In this document: in pieces, positions 10,445 through 18,815 of the stretch
How positions within the stretch are numbered: position 1 is the stretch's first letter
Layout of the letters: each line of letters opens with the position of its first letter
From: Mycobacterium tuberculosis H37Rv
GTDB taxonomy: Bacteria; Actinomycetota; Actinomycetes; Mycobacteriales; Mycobacteriaceae
NCBI RefSeq assembly: GCF_000195955.2
Contig: NC_000962.3
Location: forward strand, 3,300,001-3,332,000
Length of the DNA: 32,000 bases
Direction: 5' to 3'
Program-made: the position numbers and the translations under genes
The notes under the pieces: model-generated
Seen by the model: only the letters and a program-made list of their open reading frames with translations
The model's database searches: none
What the model was told of the DNA's origin: nothing

Positions 10445-10651
10445 CTATTTCGGATCTGGGGTGGGCGGGTTGATCCATGCCGCGGTCGCCGGTTTCGGGG
10501 GTTGCGGTGAGACGCCGAATGGATTCGGGTTGGCCGAGTAGGCGTTGGCCATGGCCGCGCCCATGTGGCCTGGCCAGGTGCGGGCGTGTTCGATCGAATC
10601 GAACCGTTCAGGAGAGTCGTTGCGGTACTTCAGCGTTTTGAACTGCGACAC
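10445..10651 (-). mobile_element. Decayed 3' fragment of an IS3-family (rve integrase) transposase gene
   Basis: The 68-codon ORF reads SQFKTLKYRNDSPERFDSIEHARTW ... ANAYSANPNPFGVSPQPPKPATAAWINPP. Both halves resemble the conserved C-terminal region of actinobacterial IS3-family OrfB proteins, with about 35 residues missing between them. It has no N-terminal catalytic part and abuts the Rv2958c stop. Confidence 0.5.
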
Positions 10652-10713
10652 GCTCCCGAATCAGGTGCTCGACCGGACATCCGTTGGCTAGCCGGCGATA
10701 TCGTGGGCACCCT

Positions 10714-12000
10714 TTAGCAGACGAGCCGCAGCGCACTTTCGATGTGCTGCGGGAATCCGGCAAAGTCTGGTCCGAAGGCTTCGGCAAGCCGCCGGGCGGC
10801 TTGTCGGAACTCGGCCCCACTGAGCACCTGCTTTACGGCTGCCGCCACGCCTTCAGTGTTGAGCCGCTCGGTTCGCAGGAGAACGCCGGCGCCGGCCCGC
10901 TCAAGGGCCTCCATGTTCAAGTGCTGGTCCATGTTGCTGGGGAGCCCGATCACCGGCACCCCGGCCGCCAACGCCTGCTGCGTCGTCGGGCTGCCGCCGT
11001 TGCAGAGCACCACGGCGGAGCGCGCTGCAGCCGCTTCGCCCGGCAGGTAGTCCGCGACGAAGGCGTTGGCCGGCACGTTCTTCAGGTGGTTCCGGCCAGC
11101 GGTGGCCGCGATCACCGTGACGGGTAAATCGGCCAGGGCGTTCAAAACCACCTGCAACAGGTTCTTTCCGCCGGAACTGCCGAGGGTCGCATAAATAATC
11201 GGCCGGTCTGTCGGCAGCGAGTGCCACCAAGTCGGCGGTTTTACGTCGGGCGACCACAGGACGGGTCCGAGATATCGATGGTTGGCCGGCAGGTTGTATG
11301 TCGGCACCAGCTCGGGTACGTCGGCATACAGGGTGTAGTCACCGTCGGTGAAAATGCGGCACAAATCCCAGCCCAGACTCGACAGCCCGTGCTTCCGGCG
11401 GAGCCAGTTGAGCGGGAGACAATAGAGGGCAAAGATCAACGGACGGTACAGGCGGTACAGGATGCTGACCGGCCTGACCCCGAAGAAGCGGGTCCACGGC
11501 ACGTCTGGCAGCGGAAACCGACGGCGGGCCTGAGGACTCCAGTAGGCGTTCGCGATGGCGATGTACGGAATGCCGGCTAGTCGGGCGCTGACCGAGAGCG
11601 AAAGACGGTTGTCACCGACGACTACGTCCGGTGCGATCTCGTTCAGGATCTTCCTGTCAGCCGCGATGTATTTGCGCAACGTCCGCGTGTTGTAGAAGAG
11701 GCGGCCCTGAGCGATTTTAAGGAGAACCTCCTCGCTGGGGACGGTGTGAATCGGGTGATGTGGGAACGGGAGCGGGCCCAAAAGCTTATTGAACCGCGGG
11801 TCGCAGGCAAAGTGGACCTCATAACGACTCGGGTCCAGCGACCGCGCCAACACGAACGGCCGGACGACGTGGGCCAGGGTCGCGGCCTCCCCTACAAACA
11901 GGATCCGTTGCCTGCGAGCGACAGGCTCCGGTGCGGCGTTGGGCGCCGTGCTCGTCCCAGCGTCCGGTCCCGGGTCGCCGGCGACGCTTGTTTCCTCCAT
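10714..12000 (-). CDS. Rv2958c: GT1-family (UDP-glycosyltransferase-like) rhamnosyltransferase of PGL/p-HBAD
   Basis: 428-aa ORF, apparently intact. Its C-terminal nucleotide-sugar binding region is [23 protein letters not shown]...DQHLN. It is a paralogue of the ORF at 13773..15122. Confidence 0.88.
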   Translation of the reverse strand: MEETSVAGDPGPDAGTSTAPNAAPEPVARRQRILFVGEAATLAHVVRPFVLARSLDPSRYEVHFACDPRFNKLLGPLPFPHHPIHTVPSEEVLLKIAQGRLFYNTRTLRKYIAADRKILNEIAPDVVVGDNRLSLSVSARLAGIPYIAIANAYWSPQARRRFPLPDVPWTRFFGVRPVSILYRLYRPLIFALYCLPLNWLRRKHGLSSLGWDLCRIFTDGDYTLYADVPELVPTYNLPANHRYLGPVLWSPDVKPPTWWHSLPTDRPIIYATLGSSGGKNLLQVVLNALADLPVTVIAATAGRNHLKNVPANAFVADYLPGEAAAARSAVVLCNGGSPTTQQALAAGVPVIGLPSNMDQHLNMEALERAGAGVLLRTERLNTEGVAAAVKQVLSGAEFRQAARRLAEAFGPDFAGFPQHIESALRLVC

Positions 12001-12044
12001 ACTCGCCCCCTAATCTCGAGGCAGCCCGTACCCGCAGGCAACCT

Positions 12045-12073
12045 CCCAAAAATGCAATCCCCCAAAATGCAAT
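12045..12073. repeat. Two direct copies of CCCAAAA(A)TGCAAT, 45-75 nt upstream of the Rv2958c start
   Basis: cccaaaaatgcaat (12045-12058) and cccaaaatgcaat (12061-12073) lie in the 100-bp gap between Rv2959c and Rv2958c. The stretch is AT-rich relative to its surroundings. Confidence 0.6.
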
Positions 12074-12100
12074 GCGTCGAGCTATTTCTCACACCGACCG

Positions 12101-12838
12101 CTAGTTGCGGATCAGAAATCCGTTGGGCGCGGAAGTCCAGCCGAATTTGTTCTCCCGCTCCGCATCATGCTTGTAATCGTTTGGAAATTCATCCTCATAT
12201 GCCTCGATCGCTTCATAGGGTCCAGGCCCAAACCCGGGCAGGACTGGGTGGCCGTTGATGTTGGAATCCTCGACTACTAGGTAGTCACCGGCGGAGAGTA
12301 GCGGCCGTAGTAATTTCATCTCGGCCAGCACATGATTCATCGAGTGGTCGCTATCTAAGATGGCGAAGATCTTGCCAGGGTATTCGTTTTTGAGGCGTTG
12401 AATTTGTTCGGCAATCGCCGGGTCGGTGGATGACGATTCAACGAACAAAACATCTGGTTCGCGCCGGGCTCTTGGATCGAGGGCTTTGTGTGAGTTGTCC
12501 ACGGTAAGTACCTTGAATGGCTGGCCGATCTGCCTCATGATGTTGGCAAAATACACCGCCGAGCCGCCGTAGCGGGTGCCGAACTCGATGACGAGGGATG
12601 GTTGCAACTCGCTCAGGATCTCCTGGTAATTCCACATATCGCTGACGGATTTCCAGCAATTGATCCCCATATAAGTGGTCTTCGTCCACACTAAGTTGCC
12701 GTAGTACCACTTGTGGTATTCTTCCGCCACTGCGTCGCTCGGCCGGTAGAATAACTGGGCCGCAAAACTCGCCACTAACCTGACTAGTCCGATCAGTTGC
12801 CCTACAAGACTAGTCCGACTGCGCCACACTAGCCCCAT
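12101..12838 (-). CDS. Rv2959c: CmcI/cephalosporin-hydroxylase-family methyltransferase (rhamnose 2-O-methyltransferase of PGL/p-HBAD)
   Basis: 245-aa ORF with CmcI-like motifs GINCWKSVSDMWNYQEIL and VIEFGTRYGGSAVYFA. About 54% GC by hand count. Confidence 0.85.
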   Translation of the reverse strand: MGLVWRSRTSLVGQLIGLVRLVASFAAQLFYRPSDAVAEEYHKWYYGNLVWTKTTYMGINCWKSVSDMWNYQEILSELQPSLVIEFGTRYGGSAVYFANIMRQIGQPFKVLTVDNSHKALDPRARREPDVLFVESSSTDPAIAEQIQRLKNEYPGKIFAILDSDHSMNHVLAEMKLLRPLLSAGDYLVVEDSNINGHPVLPGFGPGPYEAIEAYEDEFPNDYKHDAERENKFGWTSAPNGFLIRN

Positions 12839-13174
12839 TCCATCATCTCCTCACTGCGAAACCGTAGTCAGTCGAATGTTGGTCATTTAGCAAGCCTCTT
12901 TAAGAGAACTGATGAGGTCGAAGCGGACTCAATACATGGCTGCGGCAATTCGTTAGACCGCGTTCGCGCCCACGTTGTGAGCTCCGCGCGCCGCATCCTT
13001 GGGGCTCGGTGCCGGGCATACGCGACCCAGCTTGCGGCTGAGCATCTTCTGGACACCGCCACCGCACGGCGGATGGTAGCAACAGATTGGGGTTACCCTC
13101 AAACCGCGGGTTATGGACTGCCAAAGGTAGCCAGCTTGTCCTGCTCGCGGTGACAGCGCAACCACGGGTAGTGA

Positions 13175-13672
13175 CACTACCGCCGTGGCGTTCCTCCCCA
13201 CGGCAGAAGGCCGGGGCCGGTCGAGTTCGGGCACAAGCCCCAGATCGTCGACAACGACGATGGCATCGTCCTGGATCACACCGTGGAGCACGGCAATCCG
13301 CATGACGCGCCGCAGCTAGCGCCCGCGGTCGAACGGATCACCACACGCGCCGGACGCCCGCCCGGCACCGTCACCGCCGACCGCGGCTACGGCGAGAAAC
13401 GCGTCGAAGATGACCTGCACGACCTCGGTGTACGTACGGTCGCGATACCGCGTAAAGGCAGACCCTCCCAGGCCCGGCGCGCCGAAGAACAACGGCCATC
13501 GTTCCGACGAACAGTCAAGTGGCGCACCGGCAGCGAAGGCCGCATCAGCACCCTCAAACGAAACTACGGTTGGAACCGCTCCTGCATCGACGGCACCGAA
13601 GGAACCCGGATCTGGACCAGGCACGGCATCCTCACCCACAACCTCATCAAGATCAGCAGCCTCGCAGCATGA
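13175..13672 (+). mobile_element. Rv2961: Truncated DDE transposase gene (IS4/IS5 superfamily, C-terminal part only)
   Basis: The 129-aa track ORF (13283..13672) carries ...TADRGYGEKRVEDDLHDLGVRTVAIPRKGR...RTVKWRTGSEGRISTLKRNYGWNRSCIDG...HNLIKI. The frame stays open upstream to 13175 and reads PVEFGHKPQIVDNDDGIVLDHTVEHGNPHDAPQLAP, typical of this transposase class. No N-terminal half and no inverted repeats were found. Confidence 0.7.
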
Positions 13673-13772
13673 CCCGGCTCCCAGAGCACGAAGCTCTGCC
13701 CCACCAACAGTCCGGCGGCATTCGCCCACAAACGACTCACTTAGTCGCCGTCACTTTTTCAGGTCGAAGTAA

Positions 13773-15122
13773 CTAGCTGGCCAACCATGTCCGGGGCCGG
13801 TTCTCCGGCATGAGGCGCAGAGCATTCTCCACATGCTGCGGGAATCCAACGCGGTCTCGTCCGAAGGCATCGGCGAGTCGCGCGGCGGCTTGTCGGTACT
13901 CGGACCGACTGATCACCTGCATCACGGCCCCTGCCACCCGCTGACTCTTCAGCCGCTCAGTTCGCAGCAGCACGCCCGCCCCGGCCCGCTCAACGGCCTC
14001 CATATTCAAGTGCTGATCGAGATTGCCCGCGACCCCGATCACCGGCACCCCGGCCACCAAGGCCTGCTGGGTCGTCAAACTCCCGCCATTGCAGACCACC
14101 ACGGCCGAGCGAGCCGCAGCGGCCTCACCCGGCAGGTAGTCCGCCACGAAGGCGTTGGCCGGCACGGTCTTCAGGTCACTGCGGCCCGCGGTGGCCGCGA
14201 TCACCGTCACCGGCAACTCAGCCAACGCGTTCAACACCAGTTGCAACAGATTTCTCCCGCCGGACGTGCCCAGGGTTGCGTACACGATCGGCCGGTCGGT
14301 TGGCAGCGAATCCCACCATGTCGGCGGCTTCCCGGCGGGCGACCACAGGACCGGGCCAAGGTACTCGTGGTTGGCCGGCAAGTCGTAGGTGGGCATCAGC
14401 TCGGGCACGTCAGCATACAGGGTGTGGTCCCCGTCGGTGAAAATGCGGCACAGGTTCCACCCCAGACTCGACAGCCCGTGCCTGCGGCGGACCCAGTTGA
14501 GCGGCATGCACTGCAGGGCGAAGAGCAAAGGGCGTTCCAGGCGGTAGAGGAGCTTGACCAACCTGACGCCGAACAAGCGGGTCCATATCACGTCGGGCAG
14601 CGGAAAACGCCGCTGCGCGTACGGACTCCAGTAGGCATTCGCGATCGCGATGTAAGGAATGCCGGCCAGTCGGGCGCTGACCGACAGTGAAATGCGAAGG
14701 TCACCGACGACGAGGTCCGGCGCGATCTCATCCAGGACCCGCAGGTCCGCCTCAACGTACTTCCGCAGCGTCCGCATGGCATAGAAACGACCCTGAGTCA
14801 GATTGCCGAAAAACCGCTCGCTGGGGATGGTGTGAATCGCATGGTGACGGAAAGGGAGCGGACCTAGAAGCTGGTTGTAGCGCGGGTCGCAGGCGAAGTG
14901 CACTTCATAACGACTAGGGTCCAGCGACTGCGCAAGCGCGAATGGCCGGACGACGTGAGCCAGGGTCACTGCTTCCGCGACGAAAAGGATCCGGCGCCTG
15001 CGTGCGGCAAGCCCAGGTGCGGCGTCCGGTGTCGTGCTGATGGCCGCGTCCCCTCTCACCTCGCTAGCAACCGGTGGCCCGCCCCACCTCGACGCCGTAG
15101 CGTACACGCACGACACGCGCAC
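13773..15122 (-). CDS. Rv2962c: GT1-family rhamnosyltransferase of PGL/p-HBAD (first sugar on the phenol)
   Basis: Roughly 78% identical by eye to the Rv2958c product over about 390 aa ([18 protein letters not shown] ... [12 protein letters not shown]). The start is uncertain: GTG 15122 gives 449 aa, and GTG 15059 would match the Rv2958c N-terminus better. The 508-aa track ORF runs into the Rv2963 promoter and start. Confidence 0.85.
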
Positions 15123-15200
15123 TCGGGGAAAACCTCGGCAAGAGTGGGGCGGCGATACGTTTAGCGGCACCACTGCGCGGTCGTTGCCCACCCCGGTGAC

Positions 15201-15219
15201 TATACCCCCGGGTGGTATA
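15201..15219. promoter_or_regulatory. CsoR/RicR-type operator-like palindrome upstream of Rv2963
   Basis: TATACC-CCCGGGT-GGTATA has perfect 6-bp arms around a G/C core and ends 17 nt before GTG 15236. It resembles the ATACCC...GGGTAT operators of CsoR-family copper repressors. Confidence 0.55.
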
Positions 15220-15235
15220 TGGTGGAGGGCAGAGC

Positions 15236-16456
15236 GTGACCTCAACCAAAGTGGAGGACCGAGTGACGGCAGCAGTGCTGGGAGCGATCGGGCACGCACT
15301 GGCGCTGACCGCGTCGATGACCTGGGAAATCCTGTGGGCGCTGATCCTGGGCTTCGCGCTGTCGGCGGTGGTTCAAGCCGTGGTGCGCCGCTCCACGATC
15401 GTCACGCTGCTCGGCGACGATCGGCCGCGCACCCTGGTAATCGCCACCGGCCTGGGCGCGGCCTCGTCGTCGTGCTCGTATGCCGCGGTGGCTTTGGCTC
15501 GGTCACTATTCCGCAAAGGGGCCAACTTCACTGCCGCTATGGCGTTCGAGATCGGTTCCACCAACCTCGTGGTGGAGTTGGGCATCATCCTGGCCCTGCT
15601 GATGGGCTGGCAGTTCACCGCCGCCGAGTTCGTTGGCGGTCCAATAATGATCCTTGTCCTGGCCGTGTTGTTCCGGTTGTTCGTCGGCGCCCGGCTCATC
15701 GACGCCGCCCGGGAACAGGCCGAACGGGGACTCGCAGGCTCGATGGAAGGCCATGCCGCCATGGACATGTCCATCAAGCGGGAAGGCTCATTTTGGCGAC
15801 GACTCCTTTCCCCACCGGGATTTACCTCCATCGCCCATGTGTTCGTGATGGAGTGGTTGGCGATCCTGCGCGACCTCATTCTCGGGCTGCTGATCGCCGG
15901 TGCTATCGCGGCATGGGTACCCGAATCGTTCTGGCAGAGCTTCTTTTTAGCCAATCATCCGGCCTGGTCGGCGGTCTGGGGTCCGATCATAGGACCCATC
16001 GTGGCCATCGTTTCGTTTGTTTGCTCGATCGGCAACGTGCCACTTGCCGCGGTGCTGTGGAACGGAGGCATCAGCTTCGGCGGGGTCATCGCGTTCATCT
16101 TCGCCGACCTACTGATACTGCCGATCCTGAATATCTACCGTAAATACTATGGCGCCAGGATGATGCTGGTGCTGCTCGGCACCTTCTACGCATCGATGGT
16201 CGTCGCTGGCTATCTCATCGAACTTCTCTTCGGTACAACGAATCTCATCCCGAGCCAGCGCAGCGCTACGGTCATGACCGCAGAAATATCGTGGAACTAC
16301 ACCACCTGGCTCAACGTCATCTTTCTGGTGATCGCGGCGGCCTTGGTGGTCCGATTCATCACATCGGGCGGTCTCCCGATGCTACGCATGATGGGCGGCT
16401 CACCGGATGCCCCGCATGACCACCATGACCGCCACGACGATCACCTCGGCCACTAG
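15236..16456 (+). CDS. Rv2963: Polytopic membrane permease (ArsP/DUF318-like) with a His-rich C-terminal tail
   Basis: GTG 15236 is preceded by GGTGGAGGG and gives 406 aa. Multiple hydrophobic segments. The tail reads [17 protein letters not shown]. Confidence 0.85.
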   Translation: MTSTKVEDRVTAAVLGAIGHALALTASMTWEILWALILGFALSAVVQAVVRRSTIVTLLGDDRPRTLVIATGLGAASSSCSYAAVALARSLFRKGANFTAAMAFEIGSTNLVVELGIILALLMGWQFTAAEFVGGPIMILVLAVLFRLFVGARLIDAAREQAERGLAGSMEGHAAMDMSIKREGSFWRRLLSPPGFTSIAHVFVMEWLAILRDLILGLLIAGAIAAWVPESFWQSFFLANHPAWSAVWGPIIGPIVAIVSFVCSIGNVPLAAVLWNGGISFGGVIAFIFADLLILPILNIYRKYYGARMMLVLLGTFYASMVVAGYLIELLFGTTNLIPSQRSATVMTAEISWNYTTWLNVIFLVIAAALVVRFITSGGLPMLRMMGGSPDAPHDHHDRHDDHLGH

Positions 16457-16528
16457 CGCCACCACGCCGATCAGTCGGCGCCGAAAAGGCCACCGGCGGC
16501 GGTATCCTGGCCTGCGGGTATTCCACCC

Positions 16529-17461
16529 ATGGGCAAAGGGAGCATGACCGCGCACGCAACGCCGAACGAGCCGGATTATCCGCCACCGCCTGGCGGTCCA
16601 CCGCCGCCGGCCGATATTGGCCGGTTACTGCTTCGGTGCCACGACCGCCCTGGAATCATCGCCGCGGTGAGCACCTTCCTGGCCCGGGCCGGCGCCAACA
16701 TCATTTCTCTGGACCAGCACTCCACCGCGCCGGAGGGCGGAACGTTCTTGCAGCGCGCAATCTTTCACCTGCCCGGTCTCACGGCCGCCGTCGACGAACT
16801 GCAGCGCGACTTCGGCAGCACTGTGGCGGACAAGTTCGGCATCGACTACCGATTTGCCGAAGCAGCCAAGCCTAAGCGGGTCGCAATCATGGCATCGACA
16901 GAGGACCACTGCTTGCTGGACTTGTTGTGGCGCAACCGTCGCGGCGAGCTAGAAATGTCGGTTGTCATGGTGATTGCCAATCATCCTGACCTGGCCGCGC
17001 ACGTACGCCCGTTCGGTGTGCCATTCATACATATTCCCGCCACTCGCGACACTCGTACGGAAGCCGAACAGCGTCAGCTTCAGTTGCTAAGCGGCAATGT
17101 GGATTTAGTAGTGCTGGCACGCTACATGCAGATACTCAGCCCGGGGTTCTTGGAGGCGATCGGCTGCCCGCTGATCAACATTCACCATTCGTTCCTTCCA
17201 GCCTTCACCGGCGCGGCCCCGTACCAGCGCGCACGAGAACGCGGCGTCAAACTGATCGGCGCGACCGCCCACTACGTGACCGAAGTTCTCGACGAGGGGC
17301 CCATCATCGAACAAGACGTCGTTCGTGTCGACCACACCCACACCGTCGATGATCTGGTGCGTGTCGGCGCCGACGTCGAACGCGCAGTGCTTTCCCGCGC
17401 CGTGCTCTGGCACTGCCAAGACCGCGTCATCGTGCATCACAACCAGACCATCGTCTTCTGA
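16529..17461 (+). CDS. purU: Formyltetrahydrofolate deformylase
   Basis: 310-aa ORF with an N-terminal ACT-like region (LLLRCHDRPGIIAAVSTFLA) and a formyltransferase core (INIHHSFLPAF). An alternative ATG at 16544 follows AAAGGGAG. Confidence 0.9.
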   Translation: MGKGSMTAHATPNEPDYPPPPGGPPPPADIGRLLLRCHDRPGIIAAVSTFLARAGANIISLDQHSTAPEGGTFLQRAIFHLPGLTAAVDELQRDFGSTVADKFGIDYRFAEAAKPKRVAIMASTEDHCLLDLLWRNRRGELEMSVVMVIANHPDLAAHVRPFGVPFIHIPATRDTRTEAEQRQLQLLSGNVDLVVLARYMQILSPGFLEAIGCPLINIHHSFLPAFTGAAPYQRARERGVKLIGATAHYVTEVLDEGPIIEQDVVRVDHTHTVDDLVRVGADVERAVLSRAVLWHCQDRVIVHHNQTIVF

Positions 17462-18100
17462 CATGGGTGACTGCGCGCGTTGCGGTCAACTTCTTGGTGC
17501 CCATGATGGTCACGGCGTCGACTGGCCGTTTCGGCGCCGTCGCCCAGCGTGAACTGAGGGCGGAAAATCGGCTGGCCCGAATCTCGCCCCCAGTGCACGC
17601 TCGGCGCCGTTTGGCCTCACCCGGTCAACGTGAACTGTCCGGGTGGGCGCTGTCACGTAGCGAGCCCACGTGGGGCCGGGGTCGGCCCGCCAAAAACGCC
17701 CCGGCGCGGCCAGCTCATGAGCGAGTACGCAAGCTCAAGGGACACCCGCTTTGCACTGTGGAAGAACCCCGAAGACCTGGCCTGCGGCAGGTGCGGTCAA
17801 AGGAGCGGAGTGTAGACAGGACCGGTGGGTCTGCTCAGCGCGGCCCCGAATTAGGACAATTTTCGCACCTAGCGCATCCAATATCGCTTTCGAAGAACGT
17901 TCACGCCAGTCCCACTGGGCCGGTGCGAATGGTGCAACGCGCCTTTCGTCGAAGGAAACGCCGTCCGCCACCGAGCCCGCGCTAGGCAAGTCGGTCCCAA
18001 GAACGTCGCAAGGATACGCCAAGCGGCCGCGGTCAATCTTGACTTGTCGGCCACCGCCGGCAAACCAACATTCAGCCACAACGCGACAGAGAGGTACCCA

Positions 18101-18286
18101 ATGTTCACTGCCCGTATCCGCGCCCTCGCCGGCATGTCTCTGCTAGCCTCGGCGATCGGACTGGCGGCCTTCGGAGCCGCTACCGGCACCGCCAATGCCG
18201 CCCCGACCCACCAACCCGAGTGGGGCACCTACACCTGCTACGACTACGCAACCCAGACGTTCTACGAGTGCTTTGACCCCAGCTAG
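18101..18286 (+). CDS. Candidate small secreted protein (61 aa; predicted mature peptide 28 aa with 2 Cys)
   Basis: ATG 18101 lies 6 nt after AGAGAGG. The signal peptide looks classical: MFTARIRALAGMSLLASAIGLAAFGAATGTANA / APTHQPEWGTYTCYDYATQTFYECFDPS. About 50 of 61 codons end in G or C by hand count, as expected for coding sequence here. A strong hairpin follows 22 nt after the stop. Confidence 0.45.
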   Translation: MFTARIRALAGMSLLASAIGLAAFGAATGTANAAPTHQPEWGTYTCYDYATQTFYECFDPS

Positions 18287-18307
18287 TCGGCGAAGGCCTC
18301 ACACGAT

Positions 18308-18338
18308 CGGACCTAGTCCCGCAAAGGAGCTAGGTCCG
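18308..18338. terminator. Stem-loop between convergent genes (candidate bidirectional terminator)
   Basis: cggacctag (18308-18316) pairs perfectly with ctaggtccg (18330-18338), with 3 further inner pairs (tcc/gga) around a 6-nt loop. It overlaps the coaD stop codon (18330-18332). There is no clear U-tract, which is common in mycobacteria. Confidence 0.45.
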
Positions 18339-18815
18339 TTCGGTGTTGAGCCTGTCCCGCAGCCGGCGATTCACCGGTTCGGGCAGCAACTCGGACACGT
18401 CACCGCCCAGCATCGCGACTTCTTTGGCCAGTGAGGACGACACGAACGAATACCGTGGCGCGGTCGCGACGAAAAAGGTGTCCACACCGGCAATGTGTTT
18501 GTTCATTTGCGCCATCTGCAGCTCGTATTCGAAGTCGGTGCCGGTGCGCAGCCCCTTCACGATCGCGGTCATCCCGCAAGACCTGACAAAGTCGACCACC
18601 AAGCCATGCCCGACCTGCACGCGCAGATTGGGCAGGTGCGTTGTCGACTCCTTGACCATCGCGATCCGCTCGTCGAGGTCGAACATGCCCGTCTTTGCAG
18701 GGTTGACCAGGATGGCAACCACCACCTCGTCGAATTGGGCTGCGGCGCGTTCGAAAATGTCGACGTGGCCTAACGTCACCGGGTCAAATGACCCTGGGCA
18801 TACCGCGCCCGTCAT
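18330..18815 (-). CDS. coaD: Phosphopantetheine adenylyltransferase
   Basis: 161-aa ORF with the nucleotidyltransferase motif [15 protein letters not shown]. Confidence 0.93.

Noticed and set aside
12900-13124. 74-aa minus-strand ORF between Rv2959c and the transposase relic (position of a hypothetical gene in some annotations)
   Set aside because: It is Arg/Pro/Gly-rich with no motif, no convincing ribosome-binding site and no GC3 signal that I can see. It lies in what looks like IS-associated debris. I cannot support it as a gene from sequence alone.
13833-14690. 285-aa plus-strand ORF
   Set aside because: It is antisense to the GT1 gene Rv2962c. A matching antisense ORF (10684-11127) exists opposite the paralogue, as expected from duplicated GC-rich sequence. 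No motif.
15123-15299. Upstream extension of the Rv2962c ORF to 508 aa
   Set aside because: The extension would run through the divergent permease's operator, Shine-Dalgarno sequence and start codon. The paralogue Rv2958c has no equivalent N-terminal sequence.
16457-16528. Possible riboswitch (for example ZTP/pfl) upstream of purU
   Set aside because: The gap is only 72 nt, and I could not find the conserved pfl-motif elements or a convincing structure.
17467-17985. 172-aa plus-strand ORF after purU
   Set aside because: It is extremely Arg/Pro-rich (it ends RRRKRRPPPSPR), has no motif, and its codon bias decays. It is treated as non-coding, with the interval flagged separately.
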